Position numbers and translations under genes: made by a program. The notes under the pieces are model-generated. The model did not search any database, was not told the origin of the DNA, and saw only the letters and a program-made list of their open reading frames with translations. A DNA stretch of 64,000 nt from contig CAVXJS010000015.1 of the NCBI GenBank assembly GCA_963762145.1, forward strand, positions 160,001-224,000, read 5' to 3'. Source of the stretch: an uncultured Candidatus Rokubacteria bacterium. Its GTDB lineage: Bacteria > Methylomirabilota > Methylomirabilia > Rokubacteriales > CSP1-6. This document shows positions 40,437 to 49,673 of the stretch, piece by piece (positions within the stretch are counted from its first letter, which is position 1; each line of letters opens with the position of its first letter).

Positions 40437-41629
40437 AGTTCCTGCACGCGCTCGTTCAGCCCGCCACCACCAAGATCGTGCTCTGCTCGCTCGACGGCCT
40501 GGGCGGCCTGCCGCGTCCCGCGACGGGCAAGAGCGAGCTGGAGACCGCCCGGATCCCCAATCTGCACGCGCTCGCGGGTGGATCCGCGTGCGGCCTGCTG
40601 CGCCACGTGGGTCCCGGCATCACCCCGGGCAGCGGGCCCGGCCACCTCGGCCTCTTCGGCTACGATCCCCTGCGCTATCCGGTGGGGCGGGGCGTGCTCG
40701 AGGCGCTCGGCATCGACTTCGAGCTGCGCGCGGGTGACGTGGCCGCGCGGGGAAACTTCTGCACGGTGGACGCGCGCGGCAACATCACCGACCGCCGGGC
40801 CGGGCGCATCAGCACCGAGGTCTGCGTTCGCCTGGTCGAGCGACTGCGCGAGATCCGCCTCGACGGCGTCGAGGTCATCCTCGAGCCGGTGAAGGAGCAC
40901 CGCTTCGTCCTCGTCCTCCGCGGAGGCCATCTCTCCGGGCGGCTTTCCGAGACGGATCCCCAGCAGCTCGGTGTCCCGCCCCTGCCCGTCCGGGCCCTCG
41001 CCCCCGAGGCGGACAAGACCGCCGCGCTCGTGAACGCCTTCGTGGAGGCCGCGCGCCCGCGGCTGCGCGACGCGGCGCCCGCCAACATGCTCCTGCTGCG
41101 CGGCTTCGACCAGCAGCCGCGCCTGCCCCTCTTCCCGGAGACGTTCGGGCTGCGCGCCGCCGCCATCGCGGCGTACCCCATGTACCGCGGGCTCGCGCGC
41201 CTCGTCGGCATGGAGGTGCTCAAGACGGGCGGGACGTTCTCCGAGGAGATCGATACGCTCGAGCGCCAGTGGAAGCAGCACGACTTCTTCTTCCTGCACT
41301 ACAAGGACACCGACAAGGCGGGCGAGGACGGCGACTTCGACGCGAAGGTCGCCGCGCTGGAGCGCTTCGACGCGCTGCTGCCGCGGGTGGTCGCGCTCCG
41401 GCCCGACGTCCTCGCCATCTCGGGCGATCACGCGACCCCGTCGATCCTGAAGGGCCACGGCTGGCAGGGGGTGCCGGCGATCCTGGCGAGCCCCTACTGC
41501 GGGGGGGACCCGGTGAGCCGCTTCACCGAGCGGGATTGCGCGGGCGGGTCCCTCGGGGTGATCCCGGCCCAGGACCTGATGCCGCTCGTGATGGCCAACG
41601 CGCTCCGGTTCACCAAGTACGGGGCGTAG
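40427..41629 (+). CDS. apgM: 2,3-bisphosphoglycerate-independent phosphoglycerate mutase (ApgM type)
   Basis: LDGLGG, TPGSGPGHLGLFGYDP, GRGVLEALG, DRRAGRI, GDHATP, KYGA end. Confidence 0.9.
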   Translation: MDLEFLHALVQPATTKIVLCSLDGLGGLPRPATGKSELETARIPNLHALAGGSACGLLRHVGPGITPGSGPGHLGLFGYDPLRYPVGRGVLEALGIDFELRAGDVAARGNFCTVDARGNITDRRAGRISTEVCVRLVERLREIRLDGVEVILEPVKEHRFVLVLRGGHLSGRLSETDPQQLGVPPLPVRALAPEADKTAALVNAFVEAARPRLRDAAPANMLLLRGFDQQPRLPLFPETFGLRAAAIAAYPMYRGLARLVGMEVLKTGGTFSEEIDTLERQWKQHDFFFLHYKDTDKAGEDGDFDAKVAALERFDALLPRVVALRPDVLAISGDHATPSILKGHGWQGVPAILASPYCGGDPVSRFTERDCAGGSLGVIPAQDLMPLVMANALRFTKYGA

Positions 41630-41661
41630 CGGGAGACTCGCGGTATCCTGGCCGAAAGACC

Positions 41662-42903
41662 ATGAGGCGCTCCTACTGCCTCCTGTCCGCCGCCGTCCTG
41701 CTCGCCCTGGGGGTGATCGGCCTCGCCGTGCCCACGCGCGAGTCCGTCCCGCCCGTGGTGACCGAGGCGCCCGGGGCGACACCGGCCCCGGCGGCCTCCG
41801 AGCCCGTCGAGATGGTGCTCAAGCGGGGCGAGACGCTCGAGACCGCGCTGCGCCGGACCGGGGTCGAGCGCACGGACGCGGCCGCGATCGTGGCCGCGCT
41901 GCGAGGCAGCGTCAACATGCGCCGCCTCGCCCCCGGTGAGCGGCTCACCGTGCAGCCCGGCGTCGACGGCAAGCCCGCCGCGATCAGCTACGCCCGCTCC
42001 CCCGCCGAGCGCTACGAGATCCGCCCGGGTCCCGACGGGCGGTGGGCGGTCAACGCGGTGCGCCCCGACGTGGACACGCGCGTGGTCGCGATCATCGGGG
42101 AGGTGCGGGACTCGCTCTTCGCGAGCATGGAGCGGCTCGGAGAGACGGCCGCCCTCACCGCGCGGCTCGTGAACCTCTTCGAGTGGGACTTCGACTTCGC
42201 GGCCGACTCGCTGCCCGGAGACCGCTTCCGCCTCCTGGTGGAGAAGCGCTACGTCGGCGACGACTTCCTGGGATACGGCGACGTGCTCGTCGCGCAGTAC
42301 GCGAGCCACGGGCACTCGCTGCTCACGAGCGTCGCGTTCGACGACACCGCGGGCCGCCGCGAGTACTACGACGCGAGCGGGCGCTCGGTGAAGAAGATGT
42401 TCCTGCGCGCCCCGCTCGACTTCACGCGCGTCACCTCCGGCTTCTCGCACGCGCGCTTCCATCCGGTGCTGGGCGGCTACCGGCCGCACCTCGCAGTGGA
42501 CTACGGGGCCCCGACCGGCACGCCGGTGCGCGCGGTGGCCGACGGAGTGGTCATCCAGGCGGGCTGGAACGGGGGCTACGGCAATTCCATCGCGCTGCGC
42601 CACGGGCGCGGCTACGAGACCATGTACAACCACCTGTCCAAGATCGACGTCCGCCCGGGCCAGCGCGTGCGCCAGCGCCAGATCATCGGCCGCGTCGGCA
42701 GCACCGGGCTGTCGACCGCCCCGCATCTCGACTACCGCGTCCGCAAGGGCGGGGTCCTGGTCAACCCGCTGGGGGAGAAGTTCATTCCCGGCGCGCCCGT
42801 GCCCGCCCACCGCCGCGAGGCGTTCACGGTGCACGTCGACGCCCTCCTGGGGCGGCTCGACGCGCAAGCTCCGTTCCCCGCGCGTCCGCCGGGCCGCTCC
42901 TGA
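41662..42903 (+). CDS. M23 family peptidoglycan endopeptidase (MepM-like)
   Basis: RFHPVL, HLAVDYGAPTGTPV, GYGN, YNHLS, VGSTGLSTAPHL. Confidence 0.9.
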   Translation: MRRSYCLLSAAVLLALGVIGLAVPTRESVPPVVTEAPGATPAPAASEPVEMVLKRGETLETALRRTGVERTDAAAIVAALRGSVNMRRLAPGERLTVQPGVDGKPAAISYARSPAERYEIRPGPDGRWAVNAVRPDVDTRVVAIIGEVRDSLFASMERLGETAALTARLVNLFEWDFDFAADSLPGDRFRLLVEKRYVGDDFLGYGDVLVAQYASHGHSLLTSVAFDDTAGRREYYDASGRSVKKMFLRAPLDFTRVTSGFSHARFHPVLGGYRPHLAVDYGAPTGTPVRAVADGVVIQAGWNGGYGNSIALRHGRGYETMYNHLSKIDVRPGQRVRQRQIIGRVGSTGLSTAPHLDYRVRKGGVLVNPLGEKFIPGAPVPAHRREAFTVHVDALLGRLDAQAPFPARPPGRS

Positions 42904-43724
42904 GGCAGCGCACCGGCTCGAGCCTCTGCTACGCCTGCGGGAAGCTCAACCGCGTGGACGCCGCGGTCTGCTTCTACTGCGGCGCGCGCCGCCCCGGGCT
43001 CTGGGGCTTCGGCCCACTCGCGGGCCGGCTGATCGGCCGGCTCGACTTCGCGCGCGCGGTCACGATCGTGTGTGTGGTGGCCTACGTCGCGTCCATCCTG
43101 CTGGATCCCCGCGCCGCCGCGCAGTTCCGGAACCCATTCGATCTCCTCTCGCCGAGCTCCCGGGCGCTGATCACGCTCGGCATGACCGGTGAGCCCGCGT
43201 GGCGGGCCGGCTGGTGGTGGACGCTGATCACCGCGATCTATCTCCACGGGAGCCTGCTCCACATCGTCTTCAACCTCCTGTGGATCCGTCAGCTCGCGCC
43301 CGCGGTGGAGCAGCTCTTCGGCACCGCCCGGCTCGTGGTCATCTTCACGGCGGGCGGCGTGGCCGGGTTCGTCCTCTCCAACATCGCGAGCGGGACGTGG
43401 ACGATCGGCGCCTCGGGGGCGGTGTTCGGTCTCCTCGGCGCGATGGTCGCCTACGGCCGCACCCGCGGGGGCACCTTCGGAACCGCGGTGTTCCGGCAGT
43501 ACGGCCAGTGGGCGGTGCTGATGTTCATCTTCGGGTTCTTCATGTCCGGCGTGAACAACTGGGGGCACGCGGGCGGCTTCGTGGGCGGCTATCTCGCCGC
43601 GCTCGTGGTGGGCCACGGAGAGCATCGCTCGGAGCGCGGCCTCGATCGGGTGGCCGCACTGGCCACGGTGGGCCTGACCGTCGTGTCCTTCGCGCTCGCC
43701 CTCTGGAACGGCTTCCTCAGATAG
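42900..43724 (+). CDS. Rhomboid intramembrane serine protease with N-terminal zinc ribbon
   Basis: CYAC...CFYC; LHGSLLHIVFN, GASGA, HAGG; probable CTG start overlapping the upstream TGA. Confidence 0.87.
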   Translation: MRQRTGSSLCYACGKLNRVDAAVCFYCGARRPGLWGFGPLAGRLIGRLDFARAVTIVCVVAYVASILLDPRAAAQFRNPFDLLSPSSRALITLGMTGEPAWRAGWWWTLITAIYLHGSLLHIVFNLLWIRQLAPAVEQLFGTARLVVIFTAGGVAGFVLSNIASGTWTIGASGAVFGLLGAMVAYGRTRGGTFGTAVFRQYGQWAVLMFIFGFFMSGVNNWGHAGGFVGGYLAALVVGHGEHRSERGLDRVAALATVGLTVVSFALALWNGFLR

Positions 43725-43735
43725 CCCCGCCGCGG

Positions 43736-45703
43736 TCAGTCCGCGCGGCCGGCCTCCCGACGGAACGCGTCGATCTGCTCGGGCAGCCCGAACACGCGGA
43801 GCCGATCGCCCGGGCGTAGCTTCGTATCCGCGGAGGGATTCACCACCGCGTCGCCACCCAGCCGCCCCACCGACACCACCGTCACACCGAAGCGCTCGCG
43901 AACCCGCGCCTCGCCGAGCGAAAGGTCGGCGAGCGCGCCCGCGCCCAGCGTGACCTCGTGCACCTCGGGCAACGCCTCCGCGCCGCCGAGCCCACCGCGC
44001 GCGTCGGCGCCGTCCGGGTTCATGGCGTGGCGGAAGCGCGTCAGATAGTCGAGCACCCGCTGCTGCGGCAGGGCGAGCTCGCGGAGCGCGTGACGAATCA
44101 GCGTGGCCGCCGCTTCCAGCTCGGGCTGAATCACCTCGGTGGCGCCCGAGTCGGCCAGCCCGACGCGGCTCGAGGCGCTGTGCGCACGCGCCAGGATCGG
44201 CACCCGCGGGTTCGACGCCCGGACACCCCGCACCGCGAGCTGAGCCCGATCCATCTCGGGCAGCGCCACCACCACGAGCGACGCCCGTCCCGCCCCGGCC
44301 TCCTCGAGAAGGCGCGGCTGCGCGGCGTCGCCAAACAAGCACGGCACCCCGCGCGAGCGAAGGACCCGGACGATGTCCGGATCCCGCTCGATGACGACGA
44401 AGCGGATGCCGAAGGTCTCGAGCGCCTCGCCCACCGCGCTGCCGACGCGGCCGAACCCGCAGAGCACGACGTGCTCCGCCACCGCCCGCTCCACCGCGGG
44501 CGGGGCGGCCCGCTCCTCGACGCCACGGTATCGGGCGATCCAGCCGGGGACGGCGCGCACGAGCACCGCGTTGATCAGGATGGTGACCAGCGAGGCGGCG
44601 AGGGTGGCATTGTAGATCTCGGGACCCACGTGGCCGGACGTGCGCGCGACCTGGACCAGGACGAAGGAGAACTCGCCGATCTGCGTGAGTCCCACTCCGA
44701 CCAGCAGCGCCGTCCAGAAGGACTCCCGGAAGAGCCAGACCACCACCGTCCTCAGCACGAGCTTGCCGACCACGATCATCGCCACCATGGTGGCGAGCAA
44801 CGGAACGTTGGCGAGGAGAGTGGCGGGATCGATCAGCGCCCCGATCGTGACGAAGAACAGCGCGACGAAGACGTCCCGGAGCGGCAAGAGTCGCGCCAGC
44901 GTCTCGTGGGCGTATTCCGAGCCGTTGATGATGAGCCCCGCGAGGAACGCGCCGAGCGCAAGCGATAGCCCGGCGGCCTGGGTGAGCGCCGCCGTCCCTA
45001 GCCCGACCGCGAGCGCAACGAGGAGGAACATCTCGTCGCTGTGCATCCGGGCCACCCGCGTCATCAGGGGTGGGATGAGCTTGGCCGCGACGTAGCCCGC
45101 CGGGATCAGGACCAGCAGCGACTTGCCGAGGGTCAGCGCGATCGTGAGCAGCCGGCCCGGCTCGAGCGTACCGAGCGCCGGGATGAGCACGATCAGGATC
45201 ACCACCGCGAGGTCCTCGACCAGGGTGATGCCGATCATGATGCGACCGTGTCGCGAGTGGAGCTCGCCCCGGTCCATCAGCAGTCGTGCGAGGACCATGG
45301 TGCTGGCCATCGAGATGACGATGCCCGCCATGGCGCCCTGCAGGAGAGGCCATCCCAGCAGGGCGGCCGCGCCCAGCCCCATCGCGACCGAGAGCACGAT
45401 GCCGAGCGGCCCGCCCAGGAGCGCCACCCACTTCACGCGGAGAAGATCGCGCAGCGAGAATTCGATGCCGATCGAGAACATCAGCAGGATGACGCCGATC
45501 TCGGCGAACAGCTCGAACGCATGGAGATCCGAGACCGCGGGCCCCGGCGTGAACGGGCTGATGAAGATTCCCCCCAGGACGTAGCCGAGGATGAGGGGCT
45601 GGCGGGCAAGGCGGGCCACCGCACCACCCGCGACCGCGGCCATGAGCACGTACGCCAGGTCGCGGAAGAAGATGGATTCGGTGACCACGGCCAAGTTTCG
45701 CAT
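43736..45703 (-). CDS. CPA2 cation:proton antiporter (KefB/YbaL/CpaA-like) with RCK_N and RCK_C domains
   Basis: AEIGVILLMFSIGIEFS, LGAFLAG, QIGEFSFV, CGFGRVG, FGDA, NPSADTKLRPGDRL. Confidence 0.9.
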   Translation of the reverse strand: MRNLAVVTESIFFRDLAYVLMAAVAGGAVARLARQPLILGYVLGGIFISPFTPGPAVSDLHAFELFAEIGVILLMFSIGIEFSLRDLLRVKWVALLGGPLGIVLSVAMGLGAAALLGWPLLQGAMAGIVISMASTMVLARLLMDRGELHSRHGRIMIGITLVEDLAVVILIVLIPALGTLEPGRLLTIALTLGKSLLVLIPAGYVAAKLIPPLMTRVARMHSDEMFLLVALAVGLGTAALTQAAGLSLALGAFLAGLIINGSEYAHETLARLLPLRDVFVALFFVTIGALIDPATLLANVPLLATMVAMIVVGKLVLRTVVVWLFRESFWTALLVGVGLTQIGEFSFVLVQVARTSGHVGPEIYNATLAASLVTILINAVLVRAVPGWIARYRGVEERAAPPAVERAVAEHVVLCGFGRVGSAVGEALETFGIRFVVIERDPDIVRVLRSRGVPCLFGDAAQPRLLEEAGAGRASLVVVALPEMDRAQLAVRGVRASNPRVPILARAHSASSRVGLADSGATEVIQPELEAAATLIRHALRELALPQQRVLDYLTRFRHAMNPDGADARGGLGGAEALPEVHEVTLGAGALADLSLGEARVRERFGVTVVSVGRLGGDAVVNPSADTKLRPGDRLRVFGLPEQIDAFRREAGRAD

Positions 45704-45774
45704 TGTCGACGCATGGCGCCAAGCCTCGTTTGGGCGGCGGCCGTCGGCGTATACTGCTCGCCGGAGGTGTCTCC

Positions 45775-46200
45775 ATGACCGAGCGACGGAGAGCACCTGC
45801 GGCGGGGCCGCAGGCCAAGATCAAGCAGCTCGAAGCCCGGCTGGCTCGGGTGGAAGCGGACCTCGCGGGCGTACGGAGCACGGCGGCCCGGGGTGGCCTC
45901 ACCCGGGAGCGCCTGGCCGGCATCGAGAAGTCGATGGCCGCGCAGGTGGCCCGCGCCCAGGCCGGGCTCCGCGACTCGGTGAACCGGCTCAGCCGGACGC
46001 TGCTCAGCGCGCGCTCACGCAAGGAGGCGGCGCAGCAGATCGCGCAGGCGCGCCAGAGCGTGAAGAAGTCGCTCGACCGGCTCGGGGAGACGCTCGGCGA
46101 ATCCCAGAAGAAGATCACGCGCGAGGTGAGCCTCCTGACGCGGGGTCTGAAGGCCGGCGTCCAGGCCGGCCGCGCCGCCTACCGGGGGCCCCGCCGCTGA
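45775..46200 (+). CDS. Hypothetical basic coiled-coil/amphipathic helical protein
   Basis: GGAGGTG SD; A/R/Q/L-rich helical repeats. Confidence 0.65.
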   Translation: MTERRRAPAAGPQAKIKQLEARLARVEADLAGVRSTAARGGLTRERLAGIEKSMAAQVARAQAGLRDSVNRLSRTLLSARSRKEAAQQIAQARQSVKKSLDRLGETLGESQKKITREVSLLTRGLKAGVQAGRAAYRGPRR

Positions 46201-46279
46201 CCGGATTTTCACTTGGCGGCCCCCACGGGTGGGCCGACAATAAGGAGGCCGGGGCTCCAGAGTCCCGAGCGAGGCCGAC

Positions 46280-47680
46280 ATGCGAGCGGTGCTGATCTGT
46301 CCGGATGATCTCCTCGAGCACGTGGTCACGGCCGCGGCCTTCCCGGGCGAGCGGCCGTTGTACCTGGTGTCGCGCGCGAGTCTCCGCACGCGGCTCGCGC
46401 GGCGGGGCGACCGGGCGGTGGCCGGCAAGGTGACGCAGGCCGCCTTCCTGCACGAGGCCTTCAAGGGTGGGCGCGGGCCGGTGGTGGTGGCGGCCCCCGC
46501 GGGCCAGCTCGCGCGCGTGATCGCGGCGGTCAAGGAGGCGGTCCCGGACGCGCCCCTGCTGGTGCTCCGCGACGACGACCGGCATGTGTCCAACGCGACG
46601 GTGGTACCGCTGTCGGCCTTCGGCGAGCGCATCGTCCAGCCCGCCCTCGAGCGCGCCACCCAGCGGGCCCGCGCCGAGCGGCTGCGCGCCCACTTCTACG
46701 ACGCCGAGCGCGTCCTGATCCTCATGCAGGACGACCCGGATCCGGACGCCATCGCGTCCGCGCTGGCGCTCAAGACCCTCCTCGGCCGCACCCGCGCGTC
46801 CGCGCCGATGTGCACCTTCGGCACCATCACCCGGCCGGAGAACGTGGCGATGTGCAAGATCCTCGAGATCGAGGTCGAGGCCATCGACGCGGCGGCGCTC
46901 GACCAGTTCGACCGGGTGGCGATGGTGGACGTGCAGCCCTCGTTCCTGGAGGAAGAGAAGCACTTCGGCGAGGTGGACCTGGTGATCGATCACCATCCGG
47001 TCGAGCAGCCGATCCGGGCGCGCCTGAAGGACGTGCGCCCGTCCTACGGCGCGACGTCCACCATCATGGTCGAGTACCTGCGCGCGGCGGACGTCAAGAT
47101 CACCCAGCGGCTGGCCACCGCCCTCCTCTACGGCATCAAGTCGGACACCCTGGGGCTCGAGCGCGGCGGAACCAAGGCGGACCTCGAGGCCTTCACGTAT
47201 CTGTACCTCCTCGCCAACCACAACGCGCTCCGGCGCATCGAGCGGCCGGAGCTCTCCCCCGCGGCCCTCGACGTCCTCGCCCGCGGCCTGGCCAAGCGGC
47301 GCGTCGTGGCAGGCGTGTTCTTCTCGCACCTGGGTCGGGTCGCCACCGTGGACCTCATCCCCCAGTTCGCCGATTTCGGGCTGCAGGCCGAGGGCGTCCA
47401 GTGGTCCGTGGTCTCCGGCGTGGTGGACGACGAAGTGCACGTCTCGGTGCGCAACGTGGGCTACGTGCGGAGCGCGGGCGACGTGACCCGCGCCGCGTTC
47501 GGCGAGCTCGGCATGGCGGGCGGGCACCGGACCATGGCGAAGGCGGTCTTCCCGGTGCGCCATCTCGGCCGCGCGGCGAGCGATCCGGCCGCCAGTGACG
47601 CGTGCCAGGAGCGCATCATCGAGCGCTTCGTGCGGGCGCTGGGCGGCAACGCCAGACTCACGGAGGGCGGCCCGTCATGA
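46280..47680 (+). CDS. DHH/DHHA1 phosphoesterase with N-terminal Rossmann/RCK-like extension
   Basis: DDPDPDAIASA, MVD, IDHHP, GATST, GIKSDT, SVR, AGGH. Confidence 0.88.
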   Translation: MRAVLICPDDLLEHVVTAAAFPGERPLYLVSRASLRTRLARRGDRAVAGKVTQAAFLHEAFKGGRGPVVVAAPAGQLARVIAAVKEAVPDAPLLVLRDDDRHVSNATVVPLSAFGERIVQPALERATQRARAERLRAHFYDAERVLILMQDDPDPDAIASALALKTLLGRTRASAPMCTFGTITRPENVAMCKILEIEVEAIDAAALDQFDRVAMVDVQPSFLEEEKHFGEVDLVIDHHPVEQPIRARLKDVRPSYGATSTIMVEYLRAADVKITQRLATALLYGIKSDTLGLERGGTKADLEAFTYLYLLANHNALRRIERPELSPAALDVLARGLAKRRVVAGVFFSHLGRVATVDLIPQFADFGLQAEGVQWSVVSGVVDDEVHVSVRNVGYVRSAGDVTRAAFGELGMAGGHRTMAKAVFPVRHLGRAASDPAASDACQERIIERFVRALGGNARLTEGGPS

Positions 47681-47982
47681 TCGCCATCTACCTGCTGATG
47701 GCCCTGCTGGGAAGCGCGGCGACGATCTTCGCCCTGCAGAACAGCGGGACGGTCGACATCTCGTTCCTGGCCTGGAGCGTGACCGGCATGCCGGTGGCTC
47801 TCGTGATCCTCCTCTCGCTGCTGCTCGGCGTCGTCTTCGCTTCGCTGAGCGGGGTGGTGAAGATCCTGAAGCTCCGGTACCGGGTCCGGCAGCTCGAGAC
47901 CCAGGTCGCGCAGCTCATCGCCGCCCAGACGCCCCCAAGCTCCGCTCCTCGCGCGCCCCAGGGCCCCTCGCTCCCGTCCTAG
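47677..47982 (+). CDS. LapA (lipopolysaccharide assembly protein A)-like small membrane protein
   Basis: FALQN...VDISFLAW...P, two TM helices then a coiled coil. Confidence 0.75.
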   Translation: MIAIYLLMALLGSAATIFALQNSGTVDISFLAWSVTGMPVALVILLSLLLGVVFASLSGVVKILKLRYRVRQLETQVAQLIAAQTPPSSAPRAPQGPSLPS

Positions 47983-47990
47983 GCGGTCCG

Positions 47991-49337
47991 ATGGCCGAAG
48001 GCGCCCGTCTCACCGACACGGTCCAGGATCTCCTGGAGTCGGGGCGGCGCGAGCGCCTGGGCCAGATCCTGGAGGACGCGCACGCCGCGGACATCGCGGC
48101 CGTGCTGCGCGATCTGACCCTCGCCGAGCAGGTGACGGTCTTTCGGCTGCTGGGACGCGAGCTGGCCGGCGAGGTGCTGGCCGAGCTGGACGACCAGCCG
48201 CTGCACGAGCTGGCGCGCGCCCTCGACGAGGGGGAGATCTCGAGCATCCTCGACCGCATGAGGCCGGACGACGCGGCCCAGGTCCTCGAGGATCTGCCCG
48301 CGGAACAGGCCGAGAAGGTGCTGGACCTCATGAAGGAGGAGCGCTCCGAAGAGGTCCAGGAGATTCTCGAGTACGGCGAGAAGACGGCCGGGCGGCTCAT
48401 GTCTCCGGACTTCCTGGCCGTACACGAGCACCTCACCGTGGCCCAGGCCGTCGAGCAGGTGCGGAAGTCTCCGGTCGCCGAGACCGCCTCCACCCTCTAC
48501 GTGGTGGACGACCACGACCACCTGGTCGGCAGCCTGCCCTGGCGCCGACTGGTCACCGCCGACCCGACCGCGCCGGTCCGCTTCCTCCGGCAGGACGAGC
48601 CGGTCCGGGTGACCGCGGACATGGACCAGGAGGAGGTGGCCCGCCTCGTGGCCAAGTACGACCTGGTGGCCGTCCCGGTGATGAGCGCCGATCATCGCCT
48701 GCTGGGCGTCATCACGGTGGACGACGTCATCGACGTCATCCGGGAGGAGGCCACGGAGGACATCCAGCGCCTCGGGGGCGCGGCGGGCGACGAGACCGTG
48801 CTCGACCCGGCCCGGACCGTGTTCCCCAAGCGCCTGATCTGGCTCCTGATCAACCTGGCCACCGCGATCCTGGCCGCCTCCGTCATCGGCCTCTTCGAGG
48901 GTTCGATCCGGGAGCTCGCCCTCCTGGCGATCTTCATGCCCATCGTCGCCTCGATGGGAGGGATCGGCACCACCCAGACCGCCACCGTGGTGGTGCGGGG
49001 GCTGGCGCTGGGGGACATGACCGCGGCGCACCTCTGGCGGGTGGTCCGCAAGGAGACCACCCTGGCCCTGACCATCGGACTGGCCAACGGGCTGGTCATG
49101 GCGGGCATCGCCTACGTCTGGAAGGGGCAGGCCCTCTTGGCCGGGATCATCGCGGTGGCCATGACGCTCAACATGGTCGTTGCGGCGGTCGTCGGGGTGG
49201 TCGTTCCCCTCCTGCTCAAGAGCTTCCGGGTGGACCCGGCCATCGCCTCGAGCGTCATCATCACGACCTTCACCGACGTCTTCGGCTTCTTCTCCTTTCT
49301 CGGGCTCGCCACCCTCCTGATCCGCTTCCTGCTCTAG
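47991..49337 (+). CDS. mgtE: Magnesium transporter MgtE
   Basis: HAADIA N-domain, TAGRLMS, CBS pair, GVITVDD, RLIWLLINL, DPAIASS-IITT-TDV-GF. Confidence 0.95.
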   Translation: MAEGARLTDTVQDLLESGRRERLGQILEDAHAADIAAVLRDLTLAEQVTVFRLLGRELAGEVLAELDDQPLHELARALDEGEISSILDRMRPDDAAQVLEDLPAEQAEKVLDLMKEERSEEVQEILEYGEKTAGRLMSPDFLAVHEHLTVAQAVEQVRKSPVAETASTLYVVDDHDHLVGSLPWRRLVTADPTAPVRFLRQDEPVRVTADMDQEEVARLVAKYDLVAVPVMSADHRLLGVITVDDVIDVIREEATEDIQRLGGAAGDETVLDPARTVFPKRLIWLLINLATAILAASVIGLFEGSIRELALLAIFMPIVASMGGIGTTQTATVVVRGLALGDMTAAHLWRVVRKETTLALTIGLANGLVMAGIAYVWKGQALLAGIIAVAMTLNMVVAAVVGVVVPLLLKSFRVDPAIASSVIITTFTDVFGFFSFLGLATLLIRFLL

Positions 49338-49488
49338 CCCCGGCAGCCACGGTAACTTTTACGTCTCGGTCGTGTAAAAACGAAGCAAACTCCTGCCTTT
49401 GGCCTGCCCCGCAACATTTTCCGGGTCCGGACTAGCTGAAAAATCACGACTTCTGATAAAGTACCGCCCCGCTGACCATGACGCGTTC

Positions 49489-49504
49489 TGGCATGCCGGT
49501 TGCG
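49489..49504 (+). promoter_or_regulatory. Sigma54 (-24/-12) promoter
   Basis: TGGCATGCCGGTTGCG, GG-N10-GC spacing, AT-rich region upstream. Confidence 0.65.
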
Positions 49505-49673
49505 ATGACTTGGCCGTGGAGAACGCCTGACGTTTCAGGCACCTCCGTACCTGGCGCTCGGCGTGGAACCGCTCCCCAGCCTCTTGGATGTCGCTACGGG
49601 CGCACCCACCGAGTGTCTCGAAACCACTACAACTATGGGCCCCCGCCAGGGGTGTCGGAGGAGGATAGGGACC

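Noticed and set aside
42721-42735. M23 HxH motif reads HLD
   Set aside because: A variant I expect among MepM-like proteins; other zinc ligands are intact, so not enough to claim inactivity
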